From contig NIVC01000453.1 in assembly GCA_002269645.1 (NCBI GenBank), forward strand, positions 100,709 to 164,708: a stretch of DNA of 64,000 bases. Direction: 5' to 3'. Made by a program: the position numbers and the translations under genes. Positions 43,011 to 55,800 of the stretch are shown piece by piece; position 1 is the first letter of the stretch, and each line of letters starts with the position of its first letter. The notes under the pieces are model-generated. The model searched no databases. It saw nothing but the letters and a program-made list of their open reading frames with translations, and had not been told where the DNA came from. The DNA comes from Macrostomum lignano. Taxonomy: Eukaryota.

Positions 43011-45223
43011 TCATAATACTATCTTGAGTAAATAAATCTTTTAGCATATCATGCTTTGTCTTGTTTCTGTGTTTGACAGTTGCTTAAATCTATAGAAGTA
43101 CATTATTGGTTTGCTCTTCTCAAGCATCCAGAAATATATCATTAGGTAACTATTTATGACTGTTTGTATGAGTGTGGACTCTCTAGAGTGAGAGTCCTCC
43201 AAGAAAAAGATATATATATATATATATATATCTTTTTCTATATTCGGAGACTGAGACTGATGGCCAAAGAAGTGAGAGTCCTCCAAGAAATATATATATA
43301 TATATATATATATAGAGTGAGAGTGAGTGTCCTCCAAGAAAAAGATATATATATATATATATTAATATTATATTAATTATATTATCATATATATATATAT
43401 CTTTTTCTTGGAGGACTCTCACTTCTTTGGCCATCAGTCTCAGTCTCCAAATCTGAGTCCAAATGAATGGCTATATGTGGTCATTTGATCCGCACTTCAG
43501 TATCAGCATCAGTTGATGGGCAAGATTCTATAGCAAAAGATTCAGTATGAGCATTGTGCCATTGTACAAATTCTGTCTCAAGATATCTAGTTTCATTCAT
43601 TTCAAAAACAGCTTCTCTTTCAACTAATATTACTTGAAAAAATAAATATATGTGGGTTGTTATATCTGCACTATGAATCTCAATTTTTGCATTCTGCATA
43701 GATATATCTCTATTAGAAGCAACAACCTCTGGATTTTGTACCGCCATTAACAGTCTCTTTCTGTGTGAGCTTGCTGAATATTGGGATGGTGGTGCTTCTA
43801 GTTCCCTTGAATGTGCTGCAGCTGTACCATCATTTGATCCCCAGGCTACACTTAACTTAAGATTGCTGGTAAATTTTTTTCTAATATCCAATGCATATTA
43901 GAACAATTATTAACTTCTCCAGGAGTTATAGGACCAAGTTTCCATTATGTAAAGAGCAATGGATTTTGCTCTTTAGCTGCAAAAAAGGAGCACTGGTTGA
44001 TAGAATAAAGTCTAAGTCTTCATGGCCTTTTTCATCCTATTCACATGCAGGATTCAGTATACTTTTATACATTTCTGCTCACTGCATCGCAGCTCCTTTA
44101 AATACAAACACAAGTTGCATGTCATTACATATAGTCAGGTTCAGGTCTATCTTTAAATGAAGTATATAATGACTCAAAAGATATACACACATATATAAGT
44201 GTACATATATAAGTTAGTTTGCCAGACATACAGTACAGTATGTAGAGAGTATAGGGCTCATTCCATATAAGATGGACATATTTGGAAAATAGAAAAAAGT
44301 CAATATTTTTGCTTGCCATTGCCTAATTAGCCTATTTTTTACCAAATGTTTATATTGTGCAATATATACAATCTAAGAATAAAGGAATGGTAAAATGTTG
44401 GATTAGTATGTTATCAATTGGCAAAAAGTCATTTTTGTAAAAATTTGGACATTTTTCGAAGCAAAAGACATCATTAAGATTTTGTACCTTTTAAAAACAA
44501 ATAGAAAGCTTTTGAAGGTTGAAACAAACTATAGATAAAAGTATAGTACTTGCATCATCAGATAAAAGCATTGGTGACCAAATAATCTATTATATTTTTA
44601 ATGTATTAGTACCTCAAAGTTACTGAATTAACAGAAAAAAATATGTTACGACCATAATGTTACGACCATAAGGCTGCCTTTTCTTTTGTATCTTTGTTGC
44701 CTTTTGAGTTTATATATTCTAATAAAAGAGTATGATTTCTAAAGATGTTCTTAGTCAAATTTTATAAATGTATTGCAAAATATCAAAAATGAAAATGTTA
44801 TAAGACTTTTACCTTTTAGTTTCTTTTCTATATGTCAAAAATCCTGTCGTTACGACCATAAGTGTCATTTAAGGTTTAATAGCATCTATACTAATGATGA
44901 TATCTATATGAAACTCTATAAATATATTCTGGACAAAATAATCTTTCATTTAAAATATTGGTTTAGTATATTCTATTATTAGATTTCATTTTATAAGTAA
45001 AAATAACCTGTCATGTTACGACCATGCTTATATGGAATGAGCCATAGTCTATAGGGTACAGGCTACAGTGCAGTTTAGTATTACAGTCTGCAATGCTACA
45101 TAAGTGAATAAGTGAATGATAAATCAATGGGAAAGAAAGTGAAGGCAGAAAAAAGGGAAGAGAAATGAAGTATTTCCATTTTTCAATAAGCACAAGCACG
45201 CAAAGTGTGCTACCCTGCAGTCC

Positions 45224-45580
45224 TTTTTTATTAGAGGCAGGGGGGTTGTGTGCACCCTAGCGCACTTTAAGTGACATGGGCACACAACTGGCAAGAGGCA
45301 TTACTGCCCATTCTGCCAACTCCCTTGAGCAGGCATACAAGCGCGCGGATATGTATGCAGGCACACACTCACATAGGAGTATACAGCGGCCCTAACTTTA
45401 TATTATTGTTAGGCATGTACACTTCACTGCACCTTGGGGGGTTGGCTCTCAAGGCCCTTTTTTGCACGAGCAGAGCCAAGCAGAGATTCCAATTCAGCCC
45501 TAAATTAATGTGACTGCACTTGGAATCGAGCCTAGGTGGCTGGCACACCAGAGTAGCTGCGCTACCACTGGGCTACGCCC
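45224..45580 (-). mobile_element. tRNA-derived SINE
   Basis: The minus strand starts GGGCGTAGCCCAGTGGTAGCGCAG (A box)...GGCTCGATTCC (B box) and ends in AATAAAAAA. Confidence 0.65.
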
Positions 45581-47271
45581 CCCTCCCCCAGTCCTTCAGT
45601 GTGGTGGTACAAGTAGATAGGTAAGTTGCAAATCTGGAAAAAACTAAGTTGCACCGGATGGGTGAAATTTTGAGGTTGGGCATGTATGGATAGAGGCAAA
45701 GCTAAAAGAGAAAGGGGTGGCAAATCAATTGTTACTTAGTACATTGAAAGCCATTGGGAGCTATTGAAAGCTATAAGAAAGAAATTGAAGTTCTGCGTAA
45801 GGAATGTGAGCACCTTCAAAAATAAAAGGCAAGGAAGCCCAGCAAGTTAATAGAGGAAGTGCTAAAGTAGAAGGCACATGAGCTGTCAATGGCTATGTTG
45901 CTGTGACCCTTGTAAGCAAGCTGCCAAAAATCCCAAAAGAACTGACATTTTTTAAAGTGTTGCTTAGGGTTAGGACTAAACTAGCTTGTGTTTCTACTTT
46001 GTGACTTTATTTTTTGTGAAAATACAAGACAACCAAAACAAAAAACAGCCAAAAAAATTCAAATTAAAATTTTGTGGAAAGGAAAATTGGTATTTGCTCT
46101 TCTTTGTGCTTTTTTCATTTTTATAGCACATAGAAAGTAGAATATTCAAGTGGTGGCTTTTTATCTAGTTGTACATACAATATACCTATATATGAACCTC
46201 TAGAAACTGAGGCGCAAAATTTTTAAGCAGGTGCAAAAAGTTGCACTATGTCACTCCAAATACTGGATATAAGGATAGACAAAAAGAGAGTATTAGTTAT
46301 TAATAAACTAGATATCCATTAACTTCCTTGATGATTGTCCCAAAGTTGAACCAGCAAAAATGAGAATAAATAAAAAAGAATAAAAAGTTAAAAACAGTAT
46401 AGTATCATATCTATGTTTTCTCTTTCAAAAAATTAATTAAAAAGTAAAAACAGAGAACATGGCTAATGATAGCATAATGTTAAATTTGCGTGTTGAAAGT
46501 GGGAGACTGAGCTTTAATGCCCAGAGCCTCAAGGATCTTAAGCTTGTAGCTAGATAAGTTTTAATTAAGAATTTAAGAGTTCTTCAGGCCTATAATTTTA
46601 ATATTCTAAGAGTTAAATATGAGTGAGTATTCTAAAAGATAAGTTTGTTGACTGACTTAGTATTCTCTATGTAGGAGATGCTTTGATAAACAGCAGTTAA
46701 AGCAAAATGGTAGATTTTTTATGAAAAGTACATTTTCCTAATTATAGCCAAGGTGTATTGCCTATAATGTACCTAATTTATTTAGACATTATATTTACTA
46801 TAAATATTATATCATATTTTATCAAAATGTAACTTGCATTATTCCATAATTACAAGCATAATTTTTTAATGATTTTTGAAAGCTTAATGGTTTGTTGGTA
46901 TCTATGTGATCAATTAGAGAAAAATAAGTAGACTAATTATTTTTAAAATAGATTTAAAATTTAATTTTAAAGTAGGCAGCTATACCCATATGAAATAAAG
47001 ACCACAAATGATAAGCAGTCCAGCTTTTCGCAAAAATGGGAGTATCTGATTTCAATTTCAGCACTATTATGTGAGCATAAATTTTTATAATAATGCCAAG
47101 TTATATTATTTCTAATAGTTTGGGATCTAAGATTCCACTTAAAATAACTATATTGGAAAGTTCAAACTGTTTTTTAGTAATTTTGTATAAAACCTTGTCT
47201 TCAATAATTTACTTGCTTGCTTTGAATTCAAATTGTTTTCTCTTACAGATATTTAGCTAAATTATAAAAAT

Positions 47272-48776
47272 ATGACTACTGTTGACAAGACCACTGTCAA
47301 GTCAGATAGTGACTGGAAGCAAGTACTCACACCTGAGCAATATCATGTCACACGTGAGAAAGGAACTGAGGCTCCTTTCACTGGAAAGTTTGATAAATTC
47401 TTCAAAGATGGCACTTATTCGTGTGTTTGCTGCAAGACTCCACTATTTCGGTATGTTTATAATGTCATAGCTTTTTTACTACCCTTACCTACATGCCAGA
47501 TCGTTTTATAATGCTTCTAGTGGTTACTTTTCTTGGTAGTAACAGTTAAACTTATTTTGTAAGTAATTTGTTCCACATTGTCCAGCTTCTGTACTGGTTA
47601 GTGAATAGTAGGATGCAAGGTAAATTAAATTAATTAATTAAATTATTTTGTTAATTTTTTCTAGCTCTTGGTCAGTGAATCTAAGTTTTTTTAGAGTAAA
47701 AATTGATTCAAAACTTCAAAGAATAAAATAAGGCTAAAATCTAAAGTACAGAACAAAGTGCATAATGCCTGATAGTGAGAAGGTTTAGCCTGCTATACAC
47801 CATGTCAGAGTATACGCCTGCATATGCTTATGCTCAAGGACTTAAGAGTCAGTGGAATGAGTAGGTATAACTGCTCACTTTCTCGCTGGCTGAGTTGACT
47901 GTCGACCTGCCCTTGATTTGTGACAGCCCTTCCCTTACTGCTAGCAAAGACTTACCCGATCACTGACTGACTCACTGACTTACCCAATGACTGACTGACT
48001 GACTGACTGACTGACTGACTGACTGACTGACTGACTGACTGACTGACTGACTGACTGACTGACTGACTGACTGACTGACTGACTGACTGACTGATTAATG
48101 ACTGACTGACTGACTGACTGACTGACTGACTGACTGACTGACTGATTAATGACTGACCGACTGACTGACTGACTGACTGACTGACTGACTGACTGACTGA
48201 CTGACTAACTGACAATGTCTGACTGACTGACTGACTGACTGACTGACTGACTGACTGACTGACTGACTGACTGATTGATGACTGACTGACTGACTGACTG
48301 ACTGACTGACTGACTGACTGACTGACTGACTGACTGACTGACAATGTCTGACTGACTGACTGACTGACTGACTGACTGACTGACTGACTGACTGACTGAT
48401 TGATGACTGTCTGTCTGACTGACTGACTGACTGACTGACTGACTGACTGACAATGACTGACTGACAGACTCACTCACACTCATTAACTAACTAACCGGCC
48501 ACCCTGCTCACCCCCTTCAGCTCTGAGTACAAGTACAACTCCGGCTGCGGCTGGCCGGCATTTTTCAAAGCGGATGACGCCGAGGCGAGAATCGTTCGCC
48601 ATCCGGACGACAGCATCCCTGGCCGGCCGCGCGTTGAAGTTCTGTGCCGCTCCTGCGGCGCCCACCTCGGCCACGTGTTCCAGGACGGGCCGCAGCCGAC
48701 TGGTGAGCGCTACTGCATCAACTCAGCCTGTTTGAACTTCGCCTCCGCTGACGGGGCGATCTGCGAGAGCGGCTGA
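47272..48776 (+). CDS. msrB: Peptide methionine-R-sulfoxide reductase MsrB (Cys-type, Zn-binding)
   Basis: Exon 1 47272-47450 (MTTVDK...[20 protein letters not shown]...[11 protein letters not shown], donor GTATGT). Exon 2 48521-48776 (acceptor ttcag; [14 protein letters not shown]...[30 protein letters not shown]...TGA). All MsrB motifs are present. Confidence 0.96.
47960..48470. repeat. (CTGA)n microsatellite
   Basis: 3' half of the msrB intron, ending ~50 nt before the acceptor. Confidence 0.97.
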
Positions 48777-48889
48777 GTGCGCCTCTGCTTAACTGGCTCT
48801 TCTGGGCACCTCGAGAACCGAAACTGAACTTGCATAGTCAAATCAAGTTGATTGCTTTGCATGAGAATGAGACCATGAGAATCTTCCCA

Positions 48890-49580
48890 GGTGATCCTTC
48901 TGAGAATCGTCCCATATACTGCTCTATATCGTCCCATATATTCCTATGAGAATCGTCACAGATTATCCCCATGAGAATCGTCCCAGATTATCCCTATGAG
49001 AATCGTCCCAGATTATCCCCATGAGAATCGTCCCAGATTATCCCTATGAGAATCGTCCCAGATTATCTCCATGAGAATCGTCCCAGATTATCCCTATGAG
49101 AATCGTCCCAGATTATCCCCATGAGAATCGTCCCAGATTATCCCCATGAGAATCTGCCCAGATTATCTCCATGAGAATCGTCCCAGATTATCCCCATGAG
49201 AATCGTCCCAGATTATCCCCATGAGAATCGTCCCAGATTATCCCCATGAGAATCGTCCCAGATTATCCCCATGAGAATCGTCCCAGATTATCCCCATGAG
49301 AATCGTCCCAGATTATCCCTATGAGAATCGTCCCAGATTATCCCTATGAGAATTGTCCCAGATTATCCCTATGAGAATCGTCCCAGATTATCCCCATGAG
49401 AATCGTCCCAGATTATCCCCATGAGAATTGTCCCAGATTATCCCCATGAGAATTGTCCCAGATTATCCCCATGAGAATTGTCCCAGATTATCCCCATGAG
49501 AATCGTCCCAGATTATCCCCATGAGAATTGTCCCAGATTATCTCTCTAAGATTATTCCCGGATTATCCCCCATTAGAATC
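48890..49580. repeat. 25-bp minisatellite ATGAGAATCGTCCCAGATTATCCCC
   Basis: About 26 copies starting ~110 nt after the msrB stop codon. Confidence 0.95.
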
Positions 49581-50346
49581 GCTCATATCAGTTTTAGTGA
49601 CTTTAGTAAGTTTACATGCTTGATTTTTCCCAATTTTGGCCATATGAATATTTCTTGCAATTTTTACTGAATTTACTCCTGTTTTGAGATTTTGCAACAA
49701 AATGAATTGCTCATTTTATTCGCCTCAATTTTCTAAGTGCTAGCAAAGTGTTTGCACTAAAATGTACTGTTCAATCATTAATTGCCCGTCTCATGCAGTC
49801 GGGTTTTAATTTTGCGAGAAATAAAAATATTTTCTCTCTTATTAATTTTTGCAATGATTTTTTTACTCTAAAGTTTGTTTTTCAAGGTTTAGTTAGCTTG
49901 GGTTCTTTGTCACATCTACCAAACTAACGTTATTCTGTTTAATCTCTGGGAATCTGCCTCTCCCCTATGTTATCAGTGATGACCCAAAACAAAGAAATGA
50001 CGCACATCGTAGGGGATACCCGACAGGCCACATCACAGATATGACACTCCAAAAAAATATATCCGACCAGAATATTTCGAAATATGACACATAAAAGTTT
50101 CGCAAAAAACTATAAATTTTGCATTACATGCTACTAATAGTAGAAATGCGAAAATAATTCGATCGCAGCTCCAAAGGGTTTCAAATAAATCGCATTAGAC
50201 ACAAGTCCAGCTATTTTAGTTATATATATTATTTACTTGCAAATTTTATAATTATATTTTATGTGCATACGAATTTTAGTTATAATTAATAAGTTTTCAA
50301 ATATTATATTATCTTTACATGTTTCACATGTTAGAAAATAGTTATA

Positions 50347-51712
50347 TTAGCATGTTGAAATAGTGCATTGGTAGGCAGTCACCGAATGGGCAAATGTACT
50401 CCTGCCGGCATGCGACTTGGGCCGCTCAGCTGGGCCGGGCGGCTGCTGGGCTGCGGTGGGCGGCTGCTCAGCTGATCCGGGCTGTGACGCATCGGTCTGA
50501 GTAGAGAAATTGCAGTTATTGGTAGAGACAGGGCAGAATGGTAGAGACAGGGCAGTTATTGGTAGAGACAGGGCAGTTATTGGTAGAGACAGGGCAGAAT
50601 GGTAGAGACAGGGCAGTTATTGGTAGAGAAAGGGCAGAATGGTAGAGACAGGGCAGAATGGTAGAGACAGGGCAGAATGGTAGAGACAGGGCAGAATGGT
50701 AGAGATAGGGCAGAATGGTAGAGACAGGGCAGTTATTGGTAGAGACAGGGCAGAATGGTAGAGACAGGGCAGTTATTGGTAGAGAAAGGGCAGAATGGTA
50801 GAGACAGGGCAGAATGGTAGAGACAGGGCAGAATGGTAGAGACAGGGCAGAATGGTAGAGAAAGGGCAGAATGGTAGAGACAGGGCAGAATGGTAGAGAC
50901 AGGGCAGTATGGTAGAAACAGGGCAGTATGGTAGAGACAGGGCAGAATGGTAGAGACAGGGCAGAATGGTAGAGACAGGGCAGAATGGTAGAGACAGGGC
51001 AGAATGGTAGAGACAGGGCAGAATGGTAGAGACAGGGCAGAATGGTAGAGAAAGGGCAGAATGGTAGAGACAGGGCAGTATGGTAGAGACAGGGCAGAAT
51101 GGTAGAGACAGGGCAGAATGGTAGAGACAGGGCAGAATGGTAGAGACAGGGCAGAATGGTAGAGACAGGGCAGAATGGTAGAGAAAGGGCAGAATGGTAG
51201 AGACAGGGCAGAATGGTAGAGACAGGGTAGAATGGTAGAGACAGGGCAGAATGGTAGAGACAGGGTAGAATGGTAGAGACAGGGCAGAATGGTAGAGACA
51301 GGGTAGAATGGTAGAGACAGGGCAGAATGGTAGAGAAAGGGTAGAATGGTAGAGACAGGGCAGAATGGTAGAGACAGGGCAGAATGGTAGAGAAAGGGTA
51401 GAATGGTAGAGACAGGGCAGAATGGTAGAGAAAGGGCAGAATGGTAGAGACAGGGCAGAATGGTAGAGACAGGGTAGAATGGTAGAGACAGGGCAGAATG
51501 GTAGAGACAGGGTAGAATGGTAGAGACAGGGTAGAATGGTAGAGACAGGGCAGTTATTGGTAAAAATATTGCTCTTCACCTTCACTTACCATTAACTGGA
51601 ATCGATCAGACGCGGCGAGCTCTTTCTCAAACGACTTTTGCCGCTTAGCGACGTCATAGCATTTGCCTTTGCGGCTTATCAGCTGTTTTATGAACTCCAA
51701 TTGTTTGGACAT
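50347..51712 (-). CDS. Putative 90-aa two-exon orphan protein
   Basis: Exon 1 51712-51590 MSKQLEFIKQLISRKGKCYDVAKRQKSFEKELAASDRFQLM, ending in a GTAAGT donor. Exon 2 50496-50347 (acceptor ctactcag) is GC-rich, reads TDASQPGSAEQPPTAAQQPPGPAERPKSHAGRSTF... in frame to TAA. The intron is filled by a 19-bp repeat, like the introns of neighbouring genes. Confidence 0.5.
50510..51560. repeat. 19-bp minisatellite GGTAGAGACAGGGCAGAAT
   Basis: About 55 copies filling the intron of the putative orphan gene. Confidence 0.96.
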
Positions 51713-52879
51713 TTGGGTTAATTTATTGAAAAAATGAAATTAATTGACAAATAGAAATCTGGCTTTTTGAAAGGCCAACTGAAGTCCCATTTTATATGAA
51801 GCGGCAGTTTGACATCAACAAGTTCACTCTAATTTTCATTGGTTCGGAATGGGGTGGTCAAAATATTTCACGTTCATAGTACGTGTCAAATCCACTATGC
51901 TTTTAGACTCGAAGGGGTGGACTGCTTCATTTCAGTAGTGACTCATTTTGACACCAAATTACTTTGATTCAAAATGAAACATGCGCATTAACCAGCATGA
52001 AACATACATTAGGTACAATATGCCCCACTCACATTCACAGCCTCATTCACAGCCTCATTCACTGCCTCATTCACAGCCTCACAGCCAGACTCACTGATCG
52101 ACCCTAATCCAGTTTGGGTTTCGAATACTCAGTTATTTCTGCATTTTCAATTCATTGAGTAGCTCTGTGAGATCCGCTGCTGTCAATATACAGTGGGCAG
52201 TGGATAACAAATAAATGACACACAATGAATTGGATAGGAATTAAATGAATGATGCAAAATAGAAATTCGAGAAATAGATTAAATATGCAAGAAAAAGACG
52301 TATATGCTCAAAAATTAGGATGAAGTCAGTCATCAACAAATCAAAGAGTAGATAAAAATTCATAGGTTGCAATCTTAACTCCACTTTGGTGTCTAATTAA
52401 AGTTTACAATTTTACATATTTGGAACTGCTTGACACTATTCTTTACGATAATGGCGCAATCATAAGTTTGGTGCAACAAATTTGCTTAGATAGGTGTCTT
52501 CCACCATGAACCACCCATCACTGTCACCGAGCATTGCGCAATCTTGAGCATACCCAGAGCACGTATTTGCTTTTAAGCAATCGTGAGAACTGCGATTCTT
52601 ATCTTTACTCAAAATCCAGCTACAGTGGAAAGATCGAGAAAAGCGCGAAACACACCTCCAAACAAACCGCTGTGCATAATACAAAACAATATATAGATAA
52701 AAAGTGGAACGCTCACAGCAGGTGACCAAACCAAAAGTAAAAGCAAAGCCCAATTGTATTTTGATAAAAAGCCATTACTAAAGAAGCTGGCGAAATATTT
52801 CTGAGCTAACCTGTCAATATCAAGTATAAGTTAAAATGTACGAGCGCAGTAAATTCAAACATGGATTTAAACTATAGCG

Positions 52880-55800
52880 GCGCTGTCAATATATAAAATT
52901 AAATGGAGAGCTTAGAAATGACACTCAATGGGGCTGATATACACAGGTGCAAAGATGACGCAGAGCCCGCTACTCTCAGCATCTCTAACTAGCCCTGTCG
53001 CTGTCAATATATAGAATTAAATGGAGAGCTTAGAAATGACACTCAATGGGGCTGATATACACAGGTGCAAAGATGACGCAGAGCCCGCTACTCTCAGCAT
53101 CTCTAACTAGCCCTGTCGCTGTCAATATATAGAATTAAATGGAGAGCTTAGAAATGACACTCAATGGGGCTGATATACACAGGTGCAAAGATGACGCAGA
53201 GCCCGCTACTCTCAGCATCTCTAACTAGCCCTGTCGCTGTCAATATATAGAATTAAATGGAGAGCTTAGAAATGACACTCAATGGGGCTGATATACACAG
53301 GTGCAAAGATGACGCAGAGCCCGCTACTCTCAGCATCTCTAACTAGCCCTGTCGCTGTCAATATATAGAATTAAATGGAGAGCTTAGAAATGACACTCAA
53401 TGGGGCTGATATACACAGGTGCAAAGATGACGCAGAGCCCGCTACTCTCAGCATCTCTAACTAGCCCTGTCGCTGTCAATATATAGAATTAAATGGAGAG
53501 CTTAGAAATGACACTCAATGGGGCTGATATACACAGGTGCAAAGATGACGCAGAGCCCGCTACTCTCAGCATCTCTAACTAGCCCTGTCGCTGTCAATAT
53601 ATAGAATTAAATGGAGAGCTTAGAAATGACACTCAATGGGGCTGATATACACAGGTGCAAAGATGACGCAGAGCCCGCTACTCTCAGCATCTCTAACTAG
53701 CCCTGTCGCTGTCAATATATAGAATTAAATGGAGAGCTTAGAAATGACACTCAATGGGGCTGATATACACAGGTGCAAAGATGACGCAGAGCCCGCTACT
53801 CTCAGCATCTCTAACTAGCCCTGTCGCTGTCAATATATAGAATTAAATGGAGAGCTTAGAAATGACACTCAATGGGGCTGATATACACAGGTGCAAAGAT
53901 GACGCAGAGCCCGCTACTCTCAGCATCTCTAACTAGCCCTGTCGCTGTCAATATATAGAATTAAATGGAGAGCTTAGAAATGACACTCAATGGGGCTGAT
54001 ATACACAGGTGCAAAGATGACGCAGAGCCCGCTACTCTCAGCATCTCTAACTAGCCCTGTCGCTGTCAATATATAGAATTAAATGGAGAGCTTAGAAATG
54101 ACACTCAATGGGGCTGATATACACAGGTGCAAAGATGACGCAGAGCCCGCTACTCTCAGCATCTCTAACTAGCCCTGTCGCTGTCAATATATAGAATTAA
54201 ATGGAGAGCTTAGAAATGACACTCAATGGGGCTGATATACACAGGTGCAAAGATGACGCAGAGCCCGCTACTCTCAGCATCTCTAACTAGCCCTGTCGCT
54301 GTCAATATATAGAATTAAATGGAGAGCTTAGAAATGACACTCAATGGGGCTGATATACACAGGTGCAAAGATGACGCAGAGCCCGCTACTCTCAGCATCT
54401 CTAACTAGCCCTGTCGCTGTCAATATATAGAATTAAATGGAGAGCTTAGAAATGACACTCAATGGGGCTGATATACACAGGTGCAAAGATGACGCAGAGC
54501 CCGCTACTCTCAGCATCTCTAACTAGCCCTGTCGCTGTCAATATATAGAATTAAATGGAGAGCTTAGAAATGACACTCAATGGGGCTGATATACACAGGT
54601 GCAAAGATGACGCAGAGCCCGCTACTCTCAGCATCTCTAACTAGCCCTGTCGCTGTCAATATATAGAATTAAATGGAGAGCTTAGAAATGACACTCAATG
54701 GGGCTGATATACACAGGTGCAAAGATGACGCAGAGCCCGCTACTCTCAGCATCTCTAACTAGCCCTGTCGCTGTCAATATATAGAATTAAATGGAGAGCT
54801 TAGAAATGACACTCAATGGGGCTGATATACACAGGTGCAAAGATGACGCAGAGCCCGCTACTCTCAGCATCTCTAACTAGCCCTGTCGCTGTCAATATAT
54901 AGAATTAAATGGAGAGCTTAGAAATGACACTCAATGGGGCTGATATACACAGGTGCAAAGATGACGCAGAGCCCGCTACTCTCAGCATCTCTAACTAGCC
55001 CTGTCGCTGTCAATATATAGAATTAAATGGAGAGCTTAGAAATGACACTCAATGGGGCTGATATACACAGGTGCAAAGATGACGCAGAGCCCGCTACTCT
55101 CAGCATCTCTAACTAGCCCTGTCGCTGTCAATATATAGAATTAAATGGAGAGCTTAGAAATGACACTCAATGGGGCTGATATACACAGGTGCAAAGATGA
55201 CGCAGAGCCCGCTACTCTCAGCATCTCTAACTAGCCCTGTCGCTGTCAATATATAGAATTAAATGGAGAGCTTAGAAATGACACTCAATGGGGCTGATAT
55301 ACACAGGTGCAAAGATGACGCAGAGCCCGCTACTCTCAGCATCTCTAACTAGCCCTGTCGCTGTCAATATATAGAATTAAATGGAGAGCTTAGAAATGAC
55401 ACTCAATGGGGCTGATATACACAGGTGCAAAGATGACGCAGAGCCCGCTACTCTCAGCATCTCTAACTAGCCCTGTCGCTGTCAATATATAGAATTAAAT
55501 GGAGAGCTTAGAAATGACACTCAATGGGGCTGATATACACAGGTGCAAAGATGACGCAGAGCCCGCTACTCTCAGCATCTCTAACTAGCCCTGTCGCTGT
55601 CAATATATAGAATTAAATGGAGAGCTTAGAAATGACACTCAATGGGGCTGATATACACAGGTGCAAAGATGACGCAGAGCCCGCTACTCTCAGCATCTCT
55701 AACTAGCCCTGTCGCTGTCAATATATAGAATTAAATGGAGAGCTTAGAAATGACACTCAATGGGGCTGATATACACAGGTGCAAAGATGACGCAGAGCCC

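Noticed and set aside
41245-43047. Multiple overlapping 90-160 aa ORFs (AGKRP/DVCQP repeats)
   Set aside because: They derive from the 15-bp subrepeats of the foldback TIRs.
43481-43891. 136-aa minus-strand ORF
   Set aside because: No recognisable motif, no convincing exon chain, and it lies in AT-rich TE debris.
44640-45030. Recurring ATGTTACGACCATA motif as TE termini
   Set aside because: Direct copies only, with no clear TIR pair or TSD, so too little to call.
48774-48800. msrB TGA as selenocysteine
   Set aside because: The catalytic position is already Cys (RYCIN). The TGA is terminal, and read-through meets TAA after five codons.
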